A stretch of DNA of 63,915 nt, the filler included, from Choristocarpus tenellus KU-1152 (lineage: Eukaryota > Protista > Phaeophyceae): assembly GCA_964200185.2 (NCBI GenBank). It is 9 parts of 9 records of this genome, joined end to end, with 100 filler letters (N's around TTAATTAATTAA, not from the genome) between each part and the next. Parts side by side here need not be neighbours in the genome. Positions count along the whole stretch, not along the records: positions 1 to 5,040 come from CAXNAD020012076.1; positions 5,141 to 11,615 come from CAXNAD020008058.1; positions 11,716 to 18,505 come from CAXNAD020007345.1; 6 more parts are not named here. One strand, given 5' to 3'. The position numbers and the translations under genes are program-made. Numbering within the stretch: the first letter of the stretch is position 1; every line of letters begins with the position of its first letter. Of this stretch, positions 1 through 11,932 are shown one piece after another. The notes below the pieces were generated by a model. The model ran no database searches. It worked only from the letters and a program-made list of their open reading frames with translations, and had not been told where the DNA came from.

Positions 1-70
1 CTTCTCCTGATCAGGGCCCGAATTGGCACCCTGGTGTAGCCCCCCCCCCTCCCCCCAGATACTTCGAGTC
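1..70. mobile_element. Sola2-like MITE family B, partial copy
   Basis: caccctggtgtagccc...cccagatacttcgagtc matches the end of the copy at 37242-37417 and the reverse complement of the start of 9050-9229. Confidence 0.7.
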
Positions 71-494
71 AAACATTGAGGTGTACTACTATTTCATTGG
101 GCCAGACAACCGCAAATACCTGCGACACCTCCTGCACCTAACGTCAAATTCCTCCCGATTGCTCAGGTCTTCTTCTGCTACTTCTTCTGCTCACCAAGAG
201 TTGTCAACCCAGGCACTGCTACACTAGACTACAAGCAGAAGATTAGAAAGATCCGGATAGCATCCATCAACTACTGAAATAAAGCAATAGGTTCGGACTA
301 AGAGACGGTCGCCCTCTTGTGCCACCTCGTCAACCACAGACCCCTTCCCTTACAAGTTCCCCTAACCCTAAACCCCCTAACAAAAAACTGTTCCCCCCAA
401 TCTATCGAGTTCATAGCATCTTACAAAATCCCCCATACACATACACATACACATACACAACACCTGTCCTATACAAAAAAAAAATGTCTCTTAC

Positions 495-3400
495 CAGGCA
501 TGCAGCGCACGCCAAACCTCCTGCGGCACCATCTCAAAGTGGAAACCCCTCACCAGGTGGAGGCGGAGCCGACGACCTGTCCCTGCAACTGTGCCTGGTG
601 CCCCTGCCTCCAAAACTAGGGACGAATTGTCAATTGGGCCAGGGCTCGGAAAGGTGGGGGCTGGGGTAGAAAGAGGAACAGGAGGAGGAAGAGAGTCTAC
701 TTCGACATCAGGGACAGGGCCATCTTTTGGTCTTGGTGGGGGCAGCATTTCCCTCCCATCACAAACATCATTGGAGATACTGCCAGAGACATTTCCATCA
801 CTACCATGTCCAGGAGCAACTGAGCCCCCCACAACGCCACTGTTGCTGGCAGCAGCAACAGCATCGGCACCTGGATGAGTGTCATCACAATTGCTGCCTC
901 CATTTTCAACATCCACGCCTACCTTACAGCCTCCTTCAGCACTGACCACAGCACCAATACCCTCCTGGTTAGCACCATCGTCAAAAATTCCCTCAACACC
1001 CTCCCCTCCAACCCCTTCAGCCAAGTCAGTCCCTGCCACCTCATTAGATCCAACCTCTAATACAGCCCCTGCCCCTTCCACCAACTCACTGTCTGTGCCA
1101 ACCTTGACTCCCGTATCAACAGCTACTACATCAACTTTTTCATTCCCACCCCCACCCCCCAGTCGCCCTTCCTTTTCCACGATGCCACTGGCCGACCACA
1201 ATTCCTCATCACCGTGGTTGGCACCAATATCTCCTCTCTCACAGTTCTCCTCAGGTCTGGATACCTCCTCCTCATCACCTACTGCCCTATCACCTTGCCC
1301 CCTCTGCTGATCACCACATAGGGTGGGGTTGGCTCCCCCTTCGAAGGAGCAGGATTTCACTGAGACATTTCCATCACTGCCCTCTACCCCCACTCTCGAC
1401 ACTGCACCACAGTCCAAAGCAACCTTAACAGCATCAGACTCGTCACTGTGACCATCATTGTTGCACCCCCCGTTGCTATGAGCCTCTATCCCTCCAGCTC
1501 CCTCTACAAATATCCCCTTTTCTTGCTGCCCTTGGGCACTGCAACTACGACTCTCCTCACCTCCCTTACCGCAGTGACAACCCTCCCTCTTCCCCTCCCC
1601 CTCACTGCTTTCAACGTCTACCATACCATCACCATCCTTCTCCTTCATCTTGACCCTCTCGCCCTGCCCCTCACCATCACTAACCATGATCTCAGACTCA
1701 CCATTGCCCTTATCCTTCCCTCCAACACCACCCTCATCCTCTGCTTCAAGAACCTCTCCAACCAAACCATTGGCATCCTTGCCCCCACCCCTCTCCGCTC
1801 CCTGAGCACCCTGGCCTTCTTCAACCTTTACAACACCCTTCCCTGGTCCCTGCTCCGGGTTCTCTCCTCCGCAACCTAGTTCCATGATTGGAGGGTCACC
1901 ACTACATGGATCTCCTTCCTCACAGCCCACATGTCTGCGCCACGCCAACCACCATTTACGGTTAACTACAAACCAAACATCTCCCTCACTCATCTGCTTG
2001 CAGAACGTAGTTGTGCAGGACAGTGTTGGACATATGCATGTGAGAGCACGTGCGTTTAAGAGCACGAGTTTAAGAGCGCGTTCAGCACGCACAGCAAAGT
2101 CAAGGATGCCGCCAAACACAGTCGTAGGACAAGGATACATAACGAAATACTACTGCAATGTATAAACTGAATATACGCTTCAAAGTATAGAAGTACGTAC
2201 TGCCATTTGTCAAAGTACATAGATGAACTCCAGATTATGGACCCAGAGCAACGCCCAGAGCCCCCCCCCACCCCCCCTTCCCCAGCCACCTTGTAAAACA
2301 AGAAGAAAAGGCAATACTTTCGGCAATCTTACCAACAAGGAGTGGCACACCATTCCAGCATACAGTCAAGGGAGAGGGGCAAGACACTTCGAAATCTCCA
2401 CAAAGCACAAATGGCAAAACACAGTTTAGGGTATAACCATGGAGAGGGGAGAGGGCACCTTGCCTTATATTATAGATGCAACATGAAAGTGGGAATTCCC
2501 ACCACAGCAAATGCTCATCACTTGCTCACTAGCATCTATTCGGCACAACCCACATAAAAAAGCAAAACAGCTTCCCTGAGGCTGCTTCCACATCAATATC
2601 CACATCTACCACCACCACTGCCTACAAACCCAACAAGATACCAAATATAGAACATCACCACTACCTCCTTGCTGACTCACACACACCTGATCTTCCGCTT
2701 GCCTAAACAGCCACCGGATATTCTCAGCTTGCACATCAGGAGGAGGCAGTGACACCTCTCTTCTCTCTTCCCCCTGCCCACCCCCATGCTCTCCCCTTTT
2801 CTCCACATCCCTAGATATTGAATTCATGCCCCACGATTCCAAGCATTTGCCTGCTTCCACTGTCCCATCTGCAACGGTTGTTGCGGCAAGGCAGCACCGC
2901 ACGGAAGGATGCGCTACAGCAGGGCTCTGGGCCGCCGGGAGCTGCCCTGGAGAAAACGAGGTTGAGAATGATACCAACGCCGGGGGAGAACCTGATTGCA
3001 TTCCCTGTAACCCTGTCATATGAGTATCGATATCTCCAAGTGCGCATCCCTCTGCCTCATCTCCCACCCCACCATCAAACCGGTCTGCCTCACCCTCAGT
3101 AGAACAATCACCAATGTATTCCACTCCCTTAGTCCGACCCAAATCTTGGCCGAGGCTGTGGCTTGGGTTTGGAGTGTGCTGGCTTCCATTACATGAGCCG
3201 AAAGGGTTGGGAGCACACGCCTGGCTCACAATTTGCGTCTGGTTTTGGTTCTGGTCCAGTGCAGGATCACAGCATTGGCTATTGTGGCAACCACCATCCC
3301 CATCCATCATAGTGGAGACATTTGACTTGGTGCTCATCCCCCCTTCCCTTGTCCCGTCCCCCTCCCCCTGTTGACCCTGCCGACTATCCTGACTTGGGGA

Positions 3401-4490
3401 ATCCCGCTGGTCTGTAGAAGAGGCACGTTCTCTCTTGCGAGTTGATGTCTTACCACGTCTTGCCAGTCGAGTCTTGGCTTCAGAATGCCCCAGAGCTGCA
3501 GCCTGTAGCAGATCCTTTTGTGCCTGACGAAGGAATGCGTATGAGTGTAGTAACCTATTTCAGTGAGTAGGACAAAATGTGTCGGGTTGCATCTTACAAC
3601 TCTCACAGCCTTTAAAAACCATAGATCATTCAAATGGAGGTGCATGTGTTATCACAGATGTTTCTGTTGCTGTTATGGATAGCATCTATCAATCAATTCC
3701 TTCTGATGTAGTATCAGGAAACAATTAGGTGGTGTGGAACATAAGGATTTTGGTGGCCAAAGAGTATTTTTAAGACACAAACAAGAACAAAGAGAAGCAA
3801 TATGAAGATCTTTTCAGACACAATAAAACTGGAAGACACCAGGACTTTTCTGCCAGCGTATATCAACCCATACTGCCAAACCTCATGGAACCCTAGCATA
3901 GATCAACACACCTGCTACACACTGGAGTAGCTGACGACTTAACTTCCCCTTCGCCAAAACAAGTGAATGAATGTACACGACTAAGTATACCAACATATAT
4001 ACACACACTTTGTCTCTATTCTGTTCTATTCCAACAAAAGAATGTGCGAGGACATGTAACAAACAATGACCCAAATCATCACCTCTTCTTTTCTACCAAG
4101 CTTTTGAAGGACCTCACTCCTGACATACACAGCAGTGGCTTTCTCTTGGTCACCAACATCATCAAGGGATGTCACCTGTGGCAAGGGGAATGAGCATTTG
4201 GAGTCAACTCATGCATTTGATACAATCATGAGAGTGCTTTTGGTTAAGGTCCTTCCTTCAGATCTGACAAAGAGTACCTCCAGCTCTAATTGTAGGGCCA
4301 ACAGCACCAGTAGAACGACATTCAACATCAAGAGATTGCTCTTGACCTCTTCTCTTCTTACCTGGCTGCAGTCCCCTAACGCCTCGGTCATTTTTCCAAG
4401 CTTGAAATAACACCTTGCCCGGTTGTTGAGATTCTTCGCCATCATCAACGAGGATGTCACACCAAATGGACTATTTGGCGTCCGCTGTAC
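495..4490 (-). CDS. TPR + DUSP domain protein, probably the N-terminal part of a ubiquitin-specific protease (partial; continues beyond the window start)
   Basis: Phase-compatible GT-AG exons 4490-4362, 4175-4083, 3523-2687 and 1993-495. TPR-like NLNNRARCYFKLGKMTEALGDCSQ and AVYVRSEVLQKLGRKEE|AQKDLLQAAALGHSEA. DUSP motifs GDVWFVVNRKWWLAWRRHVG, PGPIDNSSL and LVRGFHFEMVPQEVWRALHAW. Confidence 0.8.
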
Positions 4491-5040
4491 CTGAATCAGG
4501 GGCGTAAATTCAAACACAAATAGTATACAAATGGAAGGAGGGTCAGGTTGAGTGCGTTGAGCATGGAATTTGAAAAACACGGCACACCTTGCAAGTGGCA
4601 GGCACGCCGCAATAGATCGTCATTGGGAGTTGAGGACATTGCTTGGTTGGCTCTGCAGAAATATGGAGGAGGAGATGGCCATATGGGTCGGGATCCACAA
4701 TCCAATTGCAAAGTTTGTGCAAAAGTAAGAAGCTTTGTGAGGGATAAAACATTAAAACCCCACATTGAAATCTCATCAAAGGAATCTTTCCTGGGAAGTC
4801 ACTCTCGAATCAGCAAGTGATGAGTCTTCATTCTGCCTCGCTAAGGTACATTATTGCGGCACGTACAGACGAGATGGATGCATCTAGTCCGGAGGGAACA
4901 TGAAAGAGCAATGCATGGAACCGGAGCGAAGGCTACAGTCAGGAATATAGCCAATGGCGGTAACACCTAGTTTGAATCGAAGGGGGTTCAACTGATAGTA
5001 AGGAAGGCATTTTTCATCAGCAGAGATTGGAGTCAGACCG

Positions 5041-5140
5041 NNNNNNNNNNNNNNNNNNNNNNNNNNNNNNNNNNNNNNNNNNNNTTAATTAATTAANNNN
5101 NNNNNNNNNNNNNNNNNNNNNNNNNNNNNNNNNNNNNNNN
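5041..5140. other. Artificial contig spacer (N44-TTAATTAATTAA-N44); also at 11616-11715, 18506-18605, 23754-23853, 32918-33017, 41128-41227, 44206-44305 and 56295-56394
   Basis: Identical 100-nt N blocks with a six-frame stop linker. Confidence 0.97.
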
Positions 5141-5209
5141 GTTTCTTTTGCTGAGCCAGTCACTCCTAGCTAGCCTAATCACTACCCCCCAGACCAACCA
5201 AACCAGTAG

Positions 5210-5354
5210 GATTGATGATGGGAGCATCACAAACGGGGGTGGAGGGGATGTCGCAGGGGTGGCGAGGGAAGTACATGCCGCAGTTGGACTAGCAGCAATG
5301 ATACTCGTTGTGGTTCATGCCTTACTCGGTCTACAGCTAGGGTTGTCTTTCTAG
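5210..5354 (+). CDS. Possible terminal exon with a C-terminal hydrophobic segment
   Basis: Open frame IDDGSITNGGGG...HAAVGLAAMILVVVHALLGLQLGLSF* following an AG near the contig start. Confidence 0.3.
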
Positions 5355-5787
5355 ATTCATTTGCGAAATAATTTTGAAGTCAGGGTATGCACTACTAGCT
5401 GCATAGGGGGTTGGGGAGTGATGTGATAGCGAGGGAAGGGTACTCTCCTTAACCTCTCTGTTGTCAGGAGGAAAATGTGCTTCTATGGCATGGTGTGGTT
5501 ATCACTCTCTTCGCACAGCAAATTGGGAAGGAAGGATATTATGAAATTCAAATAGATGGCAGTATCTCAGTTGAAGACACACTACGATTGCAACTATCAG
5601 TCAGGGCGAGTTTCACCATAGTACAATGGCATTCATAACCTTGTATTGTAAACCCATTTCTCTTTGACTATTTCATAGCCTGAGTAGGATGCAGAAACAA
5701 AGTGGATTTTGGAAATATCATAATGACCTCCCATTTGTTCAAATACTGAGTGCTGTAACTTTCCAATGCCAAATTATGCATGCATGT

Positions 5788-6045
5788 GAGTGAAAGTATC
5801 TTAGAGGGTACGAGTTTTTCCCTGTTTGTCCTTTTGGGGTTTGGCTTCCCCCGTTTTTTTTATGACATTTTCCTTCTCCAAAATATTTCGGAGTAGGTAA
5901 AGTGTATACGTTATGAAAAGGTGTGTCCGCAACATACATATTGACGCTTCCTAACAAACACAATAGTCAAAATTACATCGAAATTGCAACATTGGATTTT
6001 GGCCCCCAAATGGACGCGACTCTACCCTCTAAGATACTTTGGCTC
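5788..6045 (+). mobile_element. Sola2-like MITE family A (~258 bp), copy A1
   Basis: Perfect 18-bp inverted repeat AAAGTATCTTAGAGGGTA (5793-5810 / 6023-6040), extended by GAGTG...GGCTC termini. 4-bp TSD ATGT on both sides. Confidence 0.9.
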
Positions 6046-9000
6046 ATGTCTTGACCTTGATCTATGGGTAATAGTGTCATACTTTATGACATTACCAACT
6101 GCCCCTGATCATAACTGTTTTCGTCATGACTCGCCTGCCATCTCACTGACACTGTTACAATAATCTTTGGAGGAGATTTATTGCATTTACTTCCCACGGT
6201 TGGTGTGTGTTGCATAGAATCGTAGAGAGAGAGAGAGAGTTGCTGGAGGATTACGACTAACTCAAGGCCAACCCCTTTTTTGTATTATGTTGCTATGCTA
6301 TATATAGCATCAAAATAGTGTTTATTTGGTAGTGCTCATGGTACATACATATATGTATATTCATCGGACAGGTGGAGAGTGTGCACTACATACAAGTAGT
6401 AATAACACTAGAGCTCGACTTACATTTTTTCTACATCTAGGTTGTGTATCAATAATGTAAGTATCGCAATGCACAATTTCTACTAGTAACGCAGATAGTC
6501 TTTTTAACGAGCCTGATTAAAAACAGTGAAAGAGAACAAAATATGTTGTACCAGATACGCGCAACCAACGTACTGCTAATATATGCAATACTAACTCTAA
6601 AAATAGTACATACTTCGGAGTAGCAGGTCAAACCATGTTGATTTGTGGCCACAAGACAAATCAGCATTTTCTTTGTCAGTGGCTTGTGTACACTGTCAAA
6701 TCAACCTTCTCTCAGTTTTTTTTAAATTCTGTAGTAAATGCCACACATACTACTAAGAACTCCTTACACTTCAGAGAGGGTAATAGGGTGCAGGTAGACT
6801 GGCGTGGGAAGTACCTACCTGCTGCCTACATACACAGAAGTAGTAGAGCTCTGAGCAGCATTAAATAGCAATGCTTCCTCTTGTACCATTTAAGAAAGAT
6901 CCAGACCATCCTGATGAATGATGATATTGAAGGGTAAGTTGTGCTGGGACTAGTACAATAGTTATCCATGTAGCTACTACGATAATTGTTCACACCAATA
7001 AGAGGCAAAACCCATATTCAGAGTGGAGCAGCAAAATATACCATCGAGTAGATGAAGACAAGAATTTATAACCTCGCGATGAGCCAGTCTACTTTCTTCA
7101 AAAGTTACTGTGTACACAAGGATATCCTCCTTCTACTTGAGCCAAAAAAAGAGGTCATTAGAAAGACACAGAACACTCGCTCCTCTCTGTGATGGAGTGC
7201 TGCAATCAGGACAATAATAAAAGGTTGATGGGGCTACGGGAACCATTGTCTGGGTTAAGGAGACCAGTACTAGTAGTATATATTACAGTTGCGATATCTA
7301 TATAGCTACCTCCAGTACAAATCCGTGCAGGTAATACCGGAAAACCATAAGGAGGGAAGGAAGCTAGAGGGTAATATTTTATGTGACTCATTTATTTGAG
7401 CCTACAACATACGGCAAACAGCATTATTACCGATTCTACACTTCTATCTACAATGCGGACGATGATCGTTCCCATTAATAACTAGTACTATTACTCGAGT
7501 ACAACAATAAGATGATGTAGAGAGTTCCGTAATGAGCCGAACTGAGAGGTAGACAGGCTTGGACCCTTTTGCATTCCAAGCTGTCTTTCTTACCCTGAGC
7601 AATACACGCTGTTTCATTGCTTTTATGCGCAACAGTTACGCAAAAGTTGATTTTCCCACTCTCCAATCCTAAAGCGACACCACAATCCAACAAAGACTCT
7701 TCACTTGTAAAAAATGTCATTTTTTTTGTTCTTCGAGATTCGTAAAATGAAACCCTTCCTATCTCTCACGCCATAATAATAATTGTCAAGATTATGCTTG
7801 ACAATTTGTGAGAATAAGATTTGAAGTTAGTTTTTATGTACGCACAGATGATGATGCGGGACATTAAGGATATTTAGGGTTAGGGTATTGACTAGAATTA
7901 ATTGGCGGAATGTTAGAGTCGGAGTGTTTCTGACGTGTACCGCAGAACTGTTGAGTCATTTACTGTAAGTCTTGGTCAGTCTCATCTATCTAGTGATGAT
8001 GGTGTCTCACACTCTTCTCAGCTTTGATACAAGCTACTACACAACAATATAACTGGATGCGTGGGACAACAAGTCGTCAAGGACAGCTTAACAATAATAA
8101 TCATAATTAACTACTTTGTTCTGTTAGGTCTGTTCTCTGCATCATCACGCTACATATGAATGGAAAACACAACGTTCTTATTTCCAGGTTCTTGCAGTAT
8201 GAATACATAATCACATATAATATTGGATGGACGGACGGACGGATACATTATGCACCAATGTTCTTAAAGATCCATACGCTCATCCATCACTCATGAAAGT
8301 ACCAAGCCTCTCTTCTTCAGGTGGATCGTTGCCCATTCTTCTTTTTTACTACTACTGCACAGTTGTATAAAATTCATAGGGTATCTCTGTACGGCCTTCC
8401 TTGGGTTGCGCAATACACCTCACAAGTTGGAAAGTACTTGGACTGCATTTAAAGCATCTTATTTGCTGCAGCTCAATTCAAAACGCTTGTCCTGTGGAGC
8501 AAGTGCCGTAACACTCACAACACAGATCTGAGATGCAGTTGGTGAGCGGACTGAGATGATACCAATGCGAGCAGAAACTATATCCAGAACTCATCTGTCC
8601 TCCTATCAACTTCCATCATTACTCCCATTCCATCTATCTGATTTATTTATTTTTTCCAAGAAAGTTCTGTATACTGTAAACACGGTCAGTCGTTGAATAA
8701 ACAGAACCATTCCATTTCTCACAAAGAGTCAAAGCAAACAACAATTACCCAAGAGCTGCACATTTCAAAAGGACGCCGAAAAAGAATATTCACAGAACTT
8801 TCCATTTTTATTTTACGAATGTAGGACAAAATCTGAATTGTGTCGGAAAGGTTTCAAATAACAGAGAAATAAACGCTCTCAAGTCGAACTAAGAACTCCA
8901 TCCATAAAAATAAAAATATGGGAGAATCACAAAAGATAGAAAAAAACAGGCTGAAAGTGAAAAACGGACAAAATCTGGGAACCTCTCTTTTACTTTGGCT

Positions 9001-9049
9001 CCAATAGTTAGACTCTCCACATTTTATTAGAAGAGTCTCAAAAAAAGAA

Positions 9050-9229
9050 GACCCAAAGCATTTGGGGGAGGGGGACGGTCTACACCAGGGTGTCAATTTG
9101 GGTCATAACCAAGAAAAGTGCACTTTCATTATCCATCCGAAGTATGGAATCAAATCACCCAAAATCGGGACATGAAAAAAATGGTTCCAAATGGACAGCC
9201 ACCACACACCCTCCCAGATATTTTGAGCC
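9050..9229. mobile_element. Sola2-like MITE family B (~180 bp)
   Basis: GACCCAAAGCATTTGGGGG...CCCAGATATTTTGAGCC termini, 4-bp TSD AGAA, homologous to 37242-37417. Confidence 0.85.
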
Positions 9230-9979
9230 AGAAGGGAGCTTGAGAACCATGAATCATGCTGCTTGATATGTTAAGAGAGAAACACAACTGTATCATGAAT
9301 GTATGTGGGACTTAACTGGGAGGGAAGTTCAGAGATCTAGATAAAATTCGAATTCAAAAAGATTTGTATCAAAAGGAATTACTGTAGTACACAAAAAAAC
9401 AAGCAAAGATGTAGACATACAAAACACATGGGTACCTTCCATTCTTTTCTCCTTTCACCTGTGCAAGTGCATCATCGACATTATACAAGCAACTCAAGTG
9501 GCCCCCCACCTGTCCTGCAGCTTTCTAGCCACATCATCAGGTGGAAGAAGGCGGTTACCTCCCACACACACTACCACGCACATGGCCTGCATGTGAACTT
9601 GTTTCTATGCTCTGCTCCTTTGAAAACTTAGGCAGCATCCTATTTCTAGTGTTTTTTCCTTTTGCACACTCCCCCCAGCTCCCCCCCTCCCCCCACCATC
9701 AACTCATTAACTACCCACATGGTGGTGTATAGAGCTCCCCCCGCCCCCCCACCCCCCTCCATTCCCTACCCCTCTCTCAGGAAACACTACATTCCACAAC
9801 TTGAACATCAACACAAACACAAACACAAACACAAACATACACACAAACACGCGCGCGCGCGCACAACACACACCTCAACCCCCTGCCCTCTGTTGTTGTC
9901 TGTGTCACAACAACAACAAGAAGAGATGAAGGGAAGAAAAAAATAAAAAAATAAGACATTTGAATACGAACAACCACAG

Positions 9980-10328
9980 CAGTAGAGTTCCTCTCACACA
10001 CTTTCAACGTACTACTCAACACCTGCTCATAACGTGAACAGGAGACAGACGCCATCAACACACTATAAATCCTCAATTGTCGCTCTGTACAGATTGACGC
10101 CCTCCCTCTCTTTCATCCTCTTTTTGGTACATTCCACTTCCTCCAACTCTCTCACTGACACCGATTCAAACTCCATCACCCTGGAATCTGCTCTGGGCAA
10201 CGGGCTGGGGAGGAAGGGGACCTCAGCTTCCTTCAACAGCTTACATGGATACTGCTTAAACAAGGAATACTTCAATGGGTTTTGGCGTGCACAACGCAAC
10301 CATCCCGTTGGAAACGCACACTCCTACC

Positions 10329-10359
<31 letters not shown>

Positions 10360-11515
10360 TTCAAACCCCAACAACCACCCCCCAAAAAAACACATCCCAC
10401 ATCACCACCTCGTGGGTTATTAACAAACATCACAACCAGANNNNNNNNNNCCCCCCAGACCTCCCCCCCTTCCCCCCCCGCCCCCCCTCCGACCCCCCCC
10501 CCCCCCCCCCCCCCCCCTGCCCCCTCCTTATTCTGAACCTACCAATCATCCTACCCAATAACCCTTCTCACAGCAGGACTCGGTTGGTATGCATCACACA
10601 TTCCAACTGGAAAGATAAACAACTAGCAACACTAAAATGATCGGATCTCGAGCCCTGTCACCGCAACCCTTCTGACATCGACACAAACTTCACAAGGCCA
10701 ACACCGGAGCAAGCACTTACAGGTGTTTTACACCCACTCGTGTGATACATCCTCCTCATGTACTTCCCTTCCCACCCTCATCCTCACTCACCCTCACCCT
10801 TCCCCCCCCTCCCCCTTTTCCTACTTCTGTCCCTCTTCTACACAGAGTAAATAAAAAATGTCATCAAAAGGTACACTAATTACGCCTCATGCAGACCCAC
10901 CTCCTTACTCCTTCTGAGTCCCCCCACCACTGCAGGCTATAACAACTCCTCCCTAACCCTAACCAGAGGTAGCAACAGCACCGCCTGCTACTGATTCTGA
11001 CTCCTGCCCTGGTGGAACACTAGTACTACCGACACTAGGACTTTGTTGAGACAGAGCACTGTGATTCGCCAACACCTCTCCCACCTTTACCTACGGAACC
11101 ATCACTGCCGCCTACACAACCAGGTACCCTTCCCGCTGCAGACTCGCCCTCCACTTCCAAGGGGGAAGGTCCTTTGAACAGGGTAAGTTCAACCACACTC
11201 TTCAGCCCCTCAGCACCACCTGCACCACCACTAACCAAACCAGAAACAGAAGAAGCAGCAGTGGCATCCATAGTTGAGGAAGACTCAGCAAATCCCGGTA
11301 GACTCTCCTCAAAAGTTGGGGTGACAACTGAGCCATCTTGAGCAGGGGTTGATACCGAACCTGAAGCAGCACTGGTCATGCCTGCAGCAGCTGCTTCAGT
11401 TGTTGCAGAGGCTGTCTCTGTGGCAGTCTTGGTATTGAGTGGACTGCTTTTCGGGCTTTTGCTTCCCCCTGCACTTGCCCTTTTCCTTTTACCCTTCTTG
11501 GACTTACTCCTTTGA
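9980..11515 (-). pseudogene. Exons of an unknown gene, apparently frameshifted (pseudogene or assembly error)
   Basis: Lys-rich and Ser/Ala/Gly-rich ORF 11035-11515 continues in a shifted frame (QSPSVGSTSVPPGQESES). A second coding-like stretch at 10063-10320 also changes frame. Confidence 0.35.
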
Positions 11516-11715
11516 AGGATAATTATGTGGGAGGGGGGGGGGGGGGGGGGAAAAAAAAAAGTTTTTTTTGGGGAAAAAAAAGAAGGGTTGGGGGCCCCCC
11601 CACGGCCCAAAAGGGNNNNNNNNNNNNNNNNNNNNNNNNNNNNNNNNNNNNNNNNNNNNTTAATTAATTAANNNNNNNNNNNNNNNNNNNNNNNNNNNNN
11701 NNNNNNNNNNNNNNN

Positions 11716-11740
11716 CCCCCACCCCCAGATACTTTGACCC
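11716..11740. mobile_element. Terminal fragment of a Sola2-like MITE at a contig start
   Basis: CCCCCAGATACTTTGACCC is the family terminus. Confidence 0.6.
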
Positions 11741-11932
11741 TGAATCATGACAGTTCAATCAGTTTCAGTTCAATTTATTGGAACAACCGAATTACCGAAC
11801 CAAAAAAATTTGCTTACTCAATTATTTTCATTGCTCATCACAAATAAAAGCAGATTTATGACTTCTGAATGTGTCAAGAGGTCACAGAACCAAATATTTG
11901 CCAAAAGGTGTCACATCACTACCTACAACTCA

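Noticed and set aside
5085-5096. Recurring TTAATTAATTAA palindrome
   Set aside because: Always centred in a 100-nt N block; an artificial six-frame stop linker.
7475-7720. ORF faintly resembling Pif1 helicase motifs V-VI (VAHKS...GTLYI)
   Set aside because: Motif spacing is wrong and no other helicase motifs lie nearby.
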